Positions 8,193-15,681 of a DNA stretch of 32,000 bases are shown here, one piece after another; positions within the stretch are counted from its first letter, which is position 1; each line of letters opens with the position of its first letter. The notes under the pieces are model-generated. The model did no database searches. It saw only the letters and a list, made by a program, of their open reading frames with translations, and had not been told where the DNA came from. The DNA is taken from contig NZ_CP010904.1 in assembly GCF_001017655.1 (NCBI RefSeq), positions 2,250,001 to 2,282,000 of the forward strand, in the 5' to 3' direction. Position numbers and translations under genes: made by a program. The stretch is from Kiritimatiella glycovorans (GTDB lineage Bacteria > Verrucomicrobiota > Kiritimatiellia > Kiritimatiellales > Kiritimatiellaceae).

Positions 8193-8221
8193 TACTAACA
8201 TCTATATTTGAGGGGGTGCAA
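8193..8221 (-). promoter_or_regulatory. Candidate sigma70-type promoter of PEP-CTERM gene A
   Basis: Minus strand AAAAAAAAC-TTGCAC-(17-18 nt)-TTAGTAT. The -35 box plus upstream A-tract is conserved at 15755-15768 and, as TTGAC, at 4911-4923 upstream of the 320-aa PEP-CTERM gene. The -10 match is weak. Confidence 0.4.
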
Positions 8222-8239
8222 GTTTTTTTTCGGGAATAT

Positions 8240-8269
8240 TTGATCGAGAGTTGCAGACCGACGTACAAT
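8240..8269 (+). promoter_or_regulatory. Candidate sigma70-type promoter reading toward the large secreted protein gene
   Basis: TTGATC-N18-TACAAT. The paralogous position 15778-15807 reads GTGATC-N18-TAAAAT. Confidence 0.45.
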
Positions 8270-8433
8270 TCCTGCGGGGAACGGGATTTCACCAGAGAGC
8301 GGTTGAACTCAGCGGCGGCACTCCGTCCGCTGAAGGGACTGGTTCGAACCTGTTTTTTTCTCGCCAGGCCGCCAGGGTCGCCAGGGATTGTCTTCATTCG
8401 GGGAACACGATTTCTTTCCGCGCAGCGGAAAAA

Positions 8434-8485
8434 GCTCGTAGTAGGCCCGCAGGTCCGCGCAGCGGGGCCAGGGCCGTTATCTCAA
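8434..8485 (+). repeat. REP-like element (single arm) in the leader of the large ORF
   Basis: GCTCGTAGTAGGCCCGCAGGTCCGCGCAGCGGGGCCAGGGCCGTTATCTCAA is near-identical to 4998-5049. It is translated spuriously in track ORFs 8251.. and 8216.. Confidence 0.7.
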
Positions 8486-8541
8486 CCCGTACCGAATGCG
8501 AGCGATTGCATTTAACATTGTCCGCGTGCTGCGCAGCCCGC

Positions 8542-11500
8542 ATGATGACGGGAATGAGGGGTCAGAAAACATGGGTCGATGCGGGCCGAATGGGGCTTCT
8601 CGCGGGGGCGCTGATCGCCCTGCTCTTTTCGACGCCTCCGGCCCGCGCGACTGAGACCAACACCTGGCTGGGCGGCGACGGAACATGGAGCGATCCGGCG
8701 CCGTGGAGCCTGGGTGTCCCGTCGGCCACCCAGCATGTGGAAATCGCCGCGGGCGTAACCGTCACCTGCGCACAGCCCGCCAACCACGCAGGCTCCGTCC
8801 GCCTCCGCGGCGGTGCGTCCCTGCACATCGACTCGGACACACTCGACCTCTCCCCCGGCACCGGCGTCCGGAACCTCTTCGTCGGCGAGGGAACTTCAAC
8901 CCTTTACATCGCCCACGGAGCTACGCTGGACAGCCAGGGTCTGGACCTCGATCCGGGCGTCGATCTCACGGCACGCATCGAGGGGCTGTGGGACGCATTC
9001 GGCGGAAGTCCGATCATCAGCACCGGAACCCTGCGCATGATCATCGGCGCCGACGGCATCTTCCGTTCACGCAACTACACCTCCCGCTGGGGCGATTTCC
9101 CCCACTCCTCCCACCTTCACACGGAAACCGATATCTTCGGTCAATTCATCTCCCGGATCGGTGCCATCGGTCATCCCGATGCCGATCATCAGTCGATCAC
9201 CTTCAATCTCTACCGCGGCGGTACGATGGATACCTGGGACCGCGGATTGACCCTCCGCGAATCTTCAACCAGCGAGATCACGCTCAACCTCTACGGCGGA
9301 CAGCTCCGGGTGCGGGGCGACACGGGAGTCGAGTTCAACGCCGAAGACGGCACGCCCGCCGGGGGGATCCTCTTTCACTCCACCGACGCGGAGATGCAGA
9401 TCGACGGCGGCGATTTCACTGCCGCGGTCACGGACGCGATAACCGCCGGCGCGCTGCGCGCGGGCCCCGCACTCGACGATTACAAGCCGGAGGCCTCTTT
9501 TGACGGAACCCGCACCCGTGTCTACGCCGTGCGCGATTCCGACGTCGACGGCGACGGTCTTCCCGACCGCATGGAAACGGGCACGGGAACCTACCGCGGT
9601 CCTTCAGATCCGGGCACCGATGCCGACCGCGCCGACTCCGACGGCGACGGGGTCGATGACTACGCCGAGATCCACCACTTCCTGACCGACCCCGCTGATC
9701 CCGACGACCATCCGGCGGATACGGGGGCCGCCTCGCCGGACCGGCGCGTCCTCGAGATCCCCCTCGAGGCATACGTCGTCGCTTCGACCGAATCGACGGA
9801 ATCGCTCAAATCCGATTCCGCGGCACAGGACTGGCCGGAGGCGGGCGAACTTTATGCACGCGAGACCTTTAATTTCCGCAAGGCGGACTACGACACCTTT
9901 CATGAAATGGCCGCCGACTACCCCGATTTCCCCTTTTCGCAGGAAGAGGCCTGTTACGGCGACAAGCGCGCGCGCCTCTTCCTCCGCTTCGACCTCTCCG
10001 CGCTTTCCACCGGCGACCTCGCGCACATCGAATCGGCCTGCCTCCGCCTGCACCAGCGGGGTCGGCGCCACGACCTCACCCGCTACCACGTCGAAGACAT
10101 CGAGATCGCCGCGGCCGGGATACGGATCGCGCGCGTCGAGGCCCCGTGGGCCGACAGTCCCGGCCAATACCCCGTCTTCACCCAGGAGCGGACGACGTGG
10201 CAGACCATCGGCGGGTATTATGAGTTCGGCTGGGGACTCGATTCCGCGGGATTCTACTCGGGCGATACAGGCGCACACTGGGTCATGGACGACCGGATCG
10301 AGATGACCGGATGGGTTGCGGACTGGATCCGCCGTCCGGCAGAGAATCACGGGCTCGTCGTCGGGGTAGAGGACGGCCGCTACGCCGGCGTCTCGTGTTC
10401 CATCGCGGACGACCCGGCCACCCCGGAAAATGAAGCGCCCGCGCTGATCGTGACCTTTGAGACGCAGGAGGACGCCGGATCGCCGGAGCTGGCTCTCCGC
10501 CGCACGCGTGATCCGTCCACCGGCGAGCGCCGGACCACGGTATCGCTGTGCACTGAGTGCCGCCTGAACACGCATGAAGCGATCCTCTACTACTCGAACC
10601 ATCTTCGCCGCTGGACGCCGATCGACTACGACAGTCACAGCGCGTGCTTTCCCTGGTGGACCTCCGATCGCGTCCCGGACTTCAGGGCCTCCACGGAAGA
10701 GCTTCCCGGAGGCAGAAGACATACCTCGTGGCGGCTTCCGGGTTCGATGAACCCGGGATTCTTCCGGGTTCAATCGAGACCGATCGCTGAGTCGGCCGAT
10801 GGCGAGGTAACCGGCGCATTGCCGGTCGGGGCTCTGCACAGCCCCTACGCCTCCGAACGGGTGGTCGACCTCCAGATCAAACGCGGCTCGCATATCCGCG
10901 AACTTCCGAAAGGCATCCCGGATGCCGAAGTGGATCTTCCCTACCTGCACCGCCGCGCGGATCACGGACCTGAGTTTCTTTTCAAGGACCACCTCTACTT
11001 CGTGCGTTCTCTCGGCGGATACGGGGGGCAGTACGAGCTTAATAGCGGAGAGCTGCATACCAACGACATCGCCTACCTGCAGGACGGCGCATTTTACTTT
11101 GATCCCGAAGAGGTGAAAGAGCGGTTCGACATCTGGTTCCCGGTCCGCGACGAGTTGGGCGTCGACCAGCCCGACGTACAGGACTTCCTGCGCTACACGA
11201 TCGTGATCGATACCATCCCGTGGGATTTCTCGTCGCTGCCGACCCCGAACGCATCGTTTGGCAACCGCGGTGCGCCCGAGGACATGGACGCCTGGTACCT
11301 ATTCGTCCACTGGCTGTGCCAGACCCTGCTTGACCGTTACGAGCCGGAATTCGTGCGCGGACTGCGGTTCAGGATCGGCAGTGAAGCGCGCTACACGCTG
11401 TCGGAAGGCGACGAAGCCGCAGGACGCAACCGGGAGCAGAGTTACCTGCGCTACTACGACACCACGGCCGCCGCGATCCGCGATGTGCTTCCCGAAGCCC

Positions 11501-12669
11501 GGATCGGACCCTTCAACCAGATGGCCGCGGCCGAGCTGTTTACGCGCTATCCGACCGCAGGGGCGCCCGACGAGCTGGGCACGATCTGGAGCGTGGCCGA
11601 ACACTGCGCGGGGCGGGGACGTTTTCCGCAGAACTTCGCCTGGCTCGAAGGTCGGGCGGGCGCCGAAGCGCGCCGGGCGCCGTACGATTTTGCCGGGGGA
11701 TCGTGGTACAAGGAGAATTCCTCGGTCGCCGAACTGGAACGCGACTTCCGGTCACTCCGAAACAAGCTGATGGATATCGACGCCGACCGTTACCGCGATA
11801 TCACGCTGGAGATGATGGAGAGCGACTTCCGCTCGCTCTACCGCGAGGCGGACAGCTGGGAGACCGGGGCGTACGGAGCGGCGTACCGATTCCGTTCCGC
11901 CCTCCGCGGCCTGCGTCACGGCATCTGCGGCGAGTGGGGCGCGCCGGAGTTCGAGGAGATCGGTGCCGTGAACGAATACGGCGACACCCCGTCTCATACC
12001 GTGCTCGGGAGCGCCCTCACCGGACACGGCTTTGTGCGCATCGTGATGACGCACATGGAGGACGGATATGGCTACATCCTTCCCGTAGAACGCACCGGTA
12101 CGGCGGGCGGGGTCGAGGCCCTGATGGCGTACTTCCCCGCGGAGGACCGGCTGCTGATCGGGGTCGCCGCCTCCGAGTTCGATGAAAAGCCGCCCGCGCC
12201 CGATACCGGCTGGGCGATTCCCGAAGAGCACCTGCGCCGGGAATCCGTCTCCATACGGATTCCCGCTCTCCTGATCGAAGACCCCGCGGGCACCGTATCG
12301 ATCCGGTCCACGGCGCTGACCTCGAACACCGCGGTCTACCGCTATCTGCGTCATAAGCTCGCCTCCTGGGGACTGCTGAGCGATTCGATGACGGAGACGC
12401 CGCAGGCCGTCGGGGGCTGGTACCAGATGATGGGCGGCAAGGGACGCGCCACCCGCCGCGAGGATGAGGAAGTCAATGCGCGGATCAACGAGGCCTATGA
12501 TCACGTAGACGCCACGCTGATCGAAACCGTCCACACTATGAACCGTGATCTGCTGATGCTGGAGGACGACACGAACAGCGCGTTCATCCGCGACGGCGCC
12601 AGTTACCGGCTGAACGTCACCGTCGAATTCCCCGGCATGCATGTGTTCGAGATCGACTGGGCGCGTTAA
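8542..12669 (+). CDS. Large multidomain secreted protein (about 1376 aa). Order of parts: W-rich N-terminal beta-strand module, thrombospondin-type-3-like Asp-rich Ca-binding repeats, DNRLRE-like domain, FFRV-terminated module, then a roughly 620-aa C-terminal region that may be a glycoside-hydrolase-like TIM barrel
   Basis: Track ORF 8251..12669; its first 97 codons cross the promoter and the REP, so I start at ATG 8542 (alternatives 8554, 8590). Signal peptide ...RMGLLAGALIALLFSTPPARA/TE; TNTWLGGDGTWSDPAPWSLGVP; DSDVDGDGLPDRMETGTG...DSDGDGVDDYAEIHHFLTDPADPDD (about 9535-9720); KRARLFLRFDLSAL...ACLRLH...MTGWVADWIRRPAENHGLVVGVEDG (about 9900-10380). The C-terminal segments ...LRFRIGSEARY... 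and ...DITLEMMESDF... are vaguely clan-A-like, which is a weak inference. No PEP-CTERM tail. Confidence 0.8.
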   Translation: MMTGMRGQKTWVDAGRMGLLAGALIALLFSTPPARATETNTWLGGDGTWSDPAPWSLGVPSATQHVEIAAGVTVTCAQPANHAGSVRLRGGASLHIDSDTLDLSPGTGVRNLFVGEGTSTLYIAHGATLDSQGLDLDPGVDLTARIEGLWDAFGGSPIISTGTLRMIIGADGIFRSRNYTSRWGDFPHSSHLHTETDIFGQFISRIGAIGHPDADHQSITFNLYRGGTMDTWDRGLTLRESSTSEITLNLYGGQLRVRGDTGVEFNAEDGTPAGGILFHSTDAEMQIDGGDFTAAVTDAITAGALRAGPALDDYKPEASFDGTRTRVYAVRDSDVDGDGLPDRMETGTGTYRGPSDPGTDADRADSDGDGVDDYAEIHHFLTDPADPDDHPADTGAASPDRRVLEIPLEAYVVASTESTESLKSDSAAQDWPEAGELYARETFNFRKADYDTFHEMAADYPDFPFSQEEACYGDKRARLFLRFDLSALSTGDLAHIESACLRLHQRGRRHDLTRYHVEDIEIAAAGIRIARVEAPWADSPGQYPVFTQERTTWQTIGGYYEFGWGLDSAGFYSGDTGAHWVMDDRIEMTGWVADWIRRPAENHGLVVGVEDGRYAGVSCSIADDPATPENEAPALIVTFETQEDAGSPELALRRTRDPSTGERRTTVSLCTECRLNTHEAILYYSNHLRRWTPIDYDSHSACFPWWTSDRVPDFRASTEELPGGRRHTSWRLPGSMNPGFFRVQSRPIAESADGEVTGALPVGALHSPYASERVVDLQIKRGSHIRELPKGIPDAEVDLPYLHRRADHGPEFLFKDHLYFVRSLGGYGGQYELNSGELHTNDIAYLQDGAFYFDPEEVKERFDIWFPVRDELGVDQPDVQDFLRYTIVIDTIPWDFSSLPTPNASFGNRGAPEDMDAWYLFVHWLCQTLLDRYEPEFVRGLRFRIGSEARYTLSEGDEAAGRNREQSYLRYYDTTAAAIRDVLPEARIGPFNQMAAAELFTRYPTAGAPDELGTIWSVAEHCAGRGRFPQNFAWLEGRAGAEARRAPYDFAGGSWYKENSSVAELERDFRSLRNKLMDIDADRYRDITLEMMESDFRSLYREADSWETGAYGAAYRFRSALRGLRHGICGEWGAPEFEEIGAVNEYGDTPSHTVLGSALTGHGFVRIVMTHMEDGYGYILPVERTGTAGGVEALMAYFPAEDRLLIGVAASEFDEKPPAPDTGWAIPEEHLRRESVSIRIPALLIEDPAGTVSIRSTALTSNTAVYRYLRHKLASWGLLSDSMTETPQAVGGWYQMMGGKGRATRREDEEVNARINEAYDHVDATLIETVHTMNRDLLMLEDDTNSAFIRDGASYRLNVTVEFPGMHVFEIDWAR

Positions 12670-12677
12670 GAAAGAAG

Positions 12678-12691
12678 GTTCGTAGTAGCGC
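12678..12691 (+). repeat. REP-like core only (GTTCGTAGTAGCGC) at the boundary of duplication copy B
   Basis: Same core as 4998, 8434 and, inverted, 7067-7077 and 7114-7124. It abuts the first duplicated base, 12689. Confidence 0.55.
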
Positions 12692-12696
12692 TATAC

Positions 12697-12729
12697 AAAA
12701 AAAGCGGCAGACCGTCGCCGGTCTGCCGC
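12697..12729 (-). terminator. Rho-independent terminator of PEP-CTERM gene B; may also stop the convergent large ORF
   Basis: Identical to 7142-7174. It lies 28 nt after the stop of the plus-strand large ORF, but the plus-strand side lacks a T-run. Confidence 0.75.
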
Positions 12730-12758
12730 TTCCGTGCGATCCATCTTCGCGCGAACCC

Positions 12759-13682
12759 TTACCGCAGACGCCGCCGCACGATCATCAGACCGCCCATCGC
12801 CGCGCCGAGCAGGCCGATGGTCGCCGGTTCGGGAATGACGGTCGTGAGGTCGCTGTCCGCATCGTAGCTGACCTGCAGATCGCCGACGGTCGACGAGAGC
12901 GCGCCGTCGCTGATCCAGCCGTTGACCTCGGTCACCCGGTTGCTATCAAGCGTGATCTTCGAATCCGGCGCCGTGAAGATGATCCCGTCGTCGCCGTTGA
13001 TGGTCAGGTTGGAATAATCGTACCCATCCAGCCCCGCCAGCCGGTTATTGAAATTCAGCGTACCGCCGTTGAGGTAGATCGCCGTTTCGTTATCGGTACC
13101 CGACTTCATGATTATGTCGAAATAAACATCGAATAATCCGCCGGTGTTCACGGAAACCACATGGCTGTAGGTGCTGTAATCCGATCCCATTCCGCTCCCT
13201 TTGAACAAAAAGTCACCGTTTACATCGATATTCACAAACACCTGTTTTCCCCAGAAACTGTTGCCCGGGTTGATCCAGTCCCCGTTCACGGTGATATCCA
13301 CGGTCTTACCCGCGGCACCGATGGGTTCGAGCCGGTTTCCGCCTGCGTCGAACGTACCGTCGACGATAAGCGAACCTTCATAGAATTTGGTTACGTTATT
13401 CTCGTTTATTGTGAACGTCGACCCGGACGTTATCCGCAGCGAGCTATCGTCCGTGAGTTCGAATCCGCCGACACTGAAATTGCCGTCGGCGGTGGTAATA
13501 CTGGTCTGGTTCGTCAACCGATAATTATCATCGGTGGCGAACGAGGTGCCCGCCGGTGTCCAGTTTCCCGCGTCGCCGAAATTCGTCGACGTTCCGCCCT
13601 GCCACAGATAATTCGTCGCCTGCGCGGTCATCGCCAGACCCGCCACGCCGATCAGCACGGCCATCACTCTCATCGCCTTCAT
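12759..13682 (-). CDS. PEP-CTERM-anchored secreted protein, paralogue B (307 aa)
   Basis: Differs from paralogue A only at D24N, E59Q, K75E and A120I. Same signal peptide and the same PEP-CTERM tail. RBS GAAGGAGAGGA is retained, but IS copy 2 begins 19 nt upstream of the ATG. Confidence 0.88.
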   Translation of the reverse strand: MKAMRVMAVLIGVAGLAMTAQATNYLWQGGTSTNFGDAGNWTPAGTSFATDDNYRLTNQTSITTADGNFSVGGFELTDDSSLRITSGSTFTINENNVTKFYEGSLIVDGTFDAGGNRLEPIGAAGKTVDITVNGDWINPGNSFWGKQVFVNIDVNGDFLFKGSGMGSDYSTYSHVVSVNTGGLFDVYFDIIMKSGTDNETAIYLNGGTLNFNNRLAGLDGYDYSNLTINGDDGIIFTAPDSKITLDSNRVTEVNGWISDGALSSTVGDLQVSYDADSDLTTVIPEPATIGLLGAAMGGLMIVRRRLR

Positions 13683-13701
13683 CGTCCTCTCCTTCGGTTA
13701 G

Positions 13702-15681
13702 CCCGTCTTTCCCCGTTCGGCGGCCCAAACGTCTTTTTTCGGGGGTGTGACCTCCGTTTCGTCCTTTGTTTTCAAGGGGTCACGTTCCAAAAGGGGCTGT
13801 GGGGCAGACCTTGCCGGTTGACGACTTGATTTTCTGTGAAAAAATCGGGTTGTGTATTTGAAGTGCCACAGGCGACGCAAAGACGGCAAAGAGCACCGCT
13901 ACTGGAGCATCGTTGAAAGTGTGCGGACCCGGCGCGGCGTCATGAAGCGTCCGCTGCTCTATCTGGGCGAACTCAACGACAGCCAGAAGGCTCAATGGTG
14001 CTCGGCACTCGACGTGCTGGATGAATCGACCGATTCGGTTCGACAGATAAGCCTGTTCCCGGAAGACCGCACGCCGCCGCCGGAGGTGTCCCATCCCGTT
14101 CGGATCCGGCTTTCCCGGCTGAGCTTGCATCATCCGCGTCAGTGGGGCGGATGCTGGCTGGCCATGGAGTTGTGGAACGAGCTGGATCTGGACCGTTTCT
14201 GGAGCCCCCGTCTTCCCGCGAGCCGCAAGGGCACCGGCTGGCTCCACGTGCTCAAAACGCTGGTGACCTATCGTCTGCTCGATCCGGGCAGCGAGTGGCG
14301 GCTGCACCGCGACTGGTTTAAGGCCAGTGCCATGGCGGACCTGCTCGGCGAAGATGAGTCCATCGCGGCCAAAAACACGCTCTACCGCTGTCTCGATAAA
14401 CTCGGTGAACACAAAGCCGATCTGTTTTCGTTTCTAAAGACACAGTGGCGCCTGTTGTTCGACGCTTCCTACGAGGTGCTGCTTTATGACCTGACCAGCA
14501 CCTATTTTGAATGCGACGTGCCCGAACGCGAAGGGCTGCGCAAGTTCGGCTACAGTCGGGACAAGCGATCCGACTGCGTGCAGGTGGTCATTGCGCTGAT
14601 CGTCACGCCCGAGGGCTTTCCGGTCGCCTACGAGGTGATGCCCGGGAACACCTCGGATAAAACGACCCTGCCGGACTTCCTGCGCAGGATCGAGGCGCAG
14701 TACGGGAAGATGAACCGGCTCTGGATCATGGACCGGGGCATCCCGACCGAGGACGCGCTCGAACAGATGCGAGCAGAAGGCGCGAGCTATCTGGTGGGCA
14801 CGCCGCGCGGGCGGCTCAGCAAGCTCGAGGACCAGCTCTTCGGTCAACCGTGGAGGCAGGTGCAGGAGCAGATCGAGGTCAAGCTGGCCCGCGACGGGGA
14901 GGATCTTTACGTCCTCACCCGCAGCGGAAGTCGCTGCGATAAAGAGCGCTCCATGCGACAGCGCAAACTCAAGAAGCTCTGGAAGCGCCTGCATCAACTG
15001 GGGGGCATGAAAAACCTCAAGCGCGACGAACTTTTGCTGAAACTGGGTGCCGCCAAACAGGAAGCGGGCAAAGCCTGGGGTCTGGTGGACCTCCGCCTTC
15101 CCCAACCCCGCGAGGCCGTTACGCCGGAGAGCTTTCACTTCCGGCTGAACCGCAAAAAACTGCGTAAAGCCCGTCGAGGTGAAGGCACCTACCTGTTGCG
15201 CACCAATCTGGCGGCCGAACAGCCCGAAGAGCTGTGGAAGCAATACATGGTCCTGAACGAGGTCGAGCAGGCCTTCAAGGAGCTGAAGAATGATCTGGAT
15301 ATCCGCCCGGTGTATCACCAGAAGGATGAGCGGATCGAAGCGCACATCTTCGTGTCATTTTTGAGCTACGCTCTGCAAGTCACGCTGAAACAGCGGGCCA
15401 AAGCCAGGGCCCCGGGCTTGACCCCCCGCGCCATCCTGGAAAAGTTCAAAGCCGTGCAGATGATCGATGTGCACCTGCCCACGACCGACGGGCGCACCCT
15501 GATCCTGCCGCGCTACACGCAACCGGAGAAAGACCTTCAGCTTCTGCTGCACCAGCTCAACCTGACGCTTCCGGAACAACCACCCCCTCGGCTTGAAGAG
15601 CTGAAGAAAAAATGTGGGGCAGACCTTTGAACTGAAATCGAAGAAAAAAGGCGTTTTCGCCGCCGAACAGGGAAAGACGGG
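13702..15681 (+). mobile_element. IS1634-like insertion sequence, copy 2, 1980 bp
   Basis: Same sequence and same IRs as copy 1 (offset 8652). Flanked by the direct repeat TTAG (13698-13701 and 15682-15685). Confidence 0.9.
13852..15630 (+). CDS. DDE transposase, IS1634-like (592 aa), identical to 5200..6978
   Basis: Identical translation in the ORF track. Confidence 0.88.
   Translation: MYLKCHRRRKDGKEHRYWSIVESVRTRRGVMKRPLLYLGELNDSQKAQWCSALDVLDESTDSVRQISLFPEDRTPPPEVSHPVRIRLSRLSLHHPRQWGGCWLAMELWNELDLDRFWSPRLPASRKGTGWLHVLKTLVTYRLLDPGSEWRLHRDWFKASAMADLLGEDESIAAKNTLYRCLDKLGEHKADLFSFLKTQWRLLFDASYEVLLYDLTSTYFECDVPEREGLRKFGYSRDKRSDCVQVVIALIVTPEGFPVAYEVMPGNTSDKTTLPDFLRRIEAQYGKMNRLWIMDRGIPTEDALEQMRAEGASYLVGTPRGRLSKLEDQLFGQPWRQVQEQIEVKLARDGEDLYVLTRSGSRCDKERSMRQRKLKKLWKRLHQLGGMKNLKRDELLLKLGAAKQEAGKAWGLVDLRLPQPREAVTPESFHFRLNRKKLRKARRGEGTYLLRTNLAAEQPEELWKQYMVLNEVEQAFKELKNDLDIRPVYHQKDERIEAHIFVSFLSYALQVTLKQRAKARAPGLTPRAILEKFKAVQMIDVHLPTTDGRTLILPRYTQPEKDLQLLLHQLNLTLPEQPPPRLEELKKKCGADL

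Larger units (their letters stand above)
8128..8420. promoter_or_regulatory. Divergent promoter / conserved leader cassette (long form, copy A)
   Basis: Roughly 80-85 percent identical by eye, with small indels, to 15682-15960. Frame-breaking indels argue against coding. Contents: palindrome TGCAAAC-N7-GTTTGCA (8165-8185); minus-strand TTGCAC (8221-8216) preceded by A8; plus-strand TTGATC-N18-TACAAT (8240-8269); hairpin CAGCGG-N11-CCGCTG (8310-8332); T7 run; three CGCCAGG repeats (8362-8385); GGGGAACACGATT (an RBS-like box with a mutated ATG). Confidence 0.6.
12689..13685 (-). repeat. Segmental duplication, copy B (terminator plus PEP-CTERM gene)
   Basis: See copy A, 7134-8130. Confidence 0.9.

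Noticed and set aside
8341-8350. tRNA T-arm-like GGTTCGAACC in the conserved leader
   Set aside because: It is a loop-less 10-nt palindrome with no flanking acceptor, D or anticodon arms. The paralogous copy reads GGTCGAACC, so it is not conserved as a T-loop.
8251-8541. N-terminal 97 codons of track ORF 8251..12669
   Set aside because: This stretch reads through the divergent promoter, the conserved non-coding leader and a REP-like element. The same REP peptide appears in unrelated ORF 4947..5177. A proper signal peptide begins only after the ATG at 8542 or 8590.
5050-15681. Composite transposon mobilised as a single unit
   Set aside because: Each IS has its own matching 4-bp duplication (TTAA/TTAA and TTAG/TTAG). 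The outermost flanks (TTAA on the left, TTAG on the right) do not match each other. The two copies therefore inserted independently.
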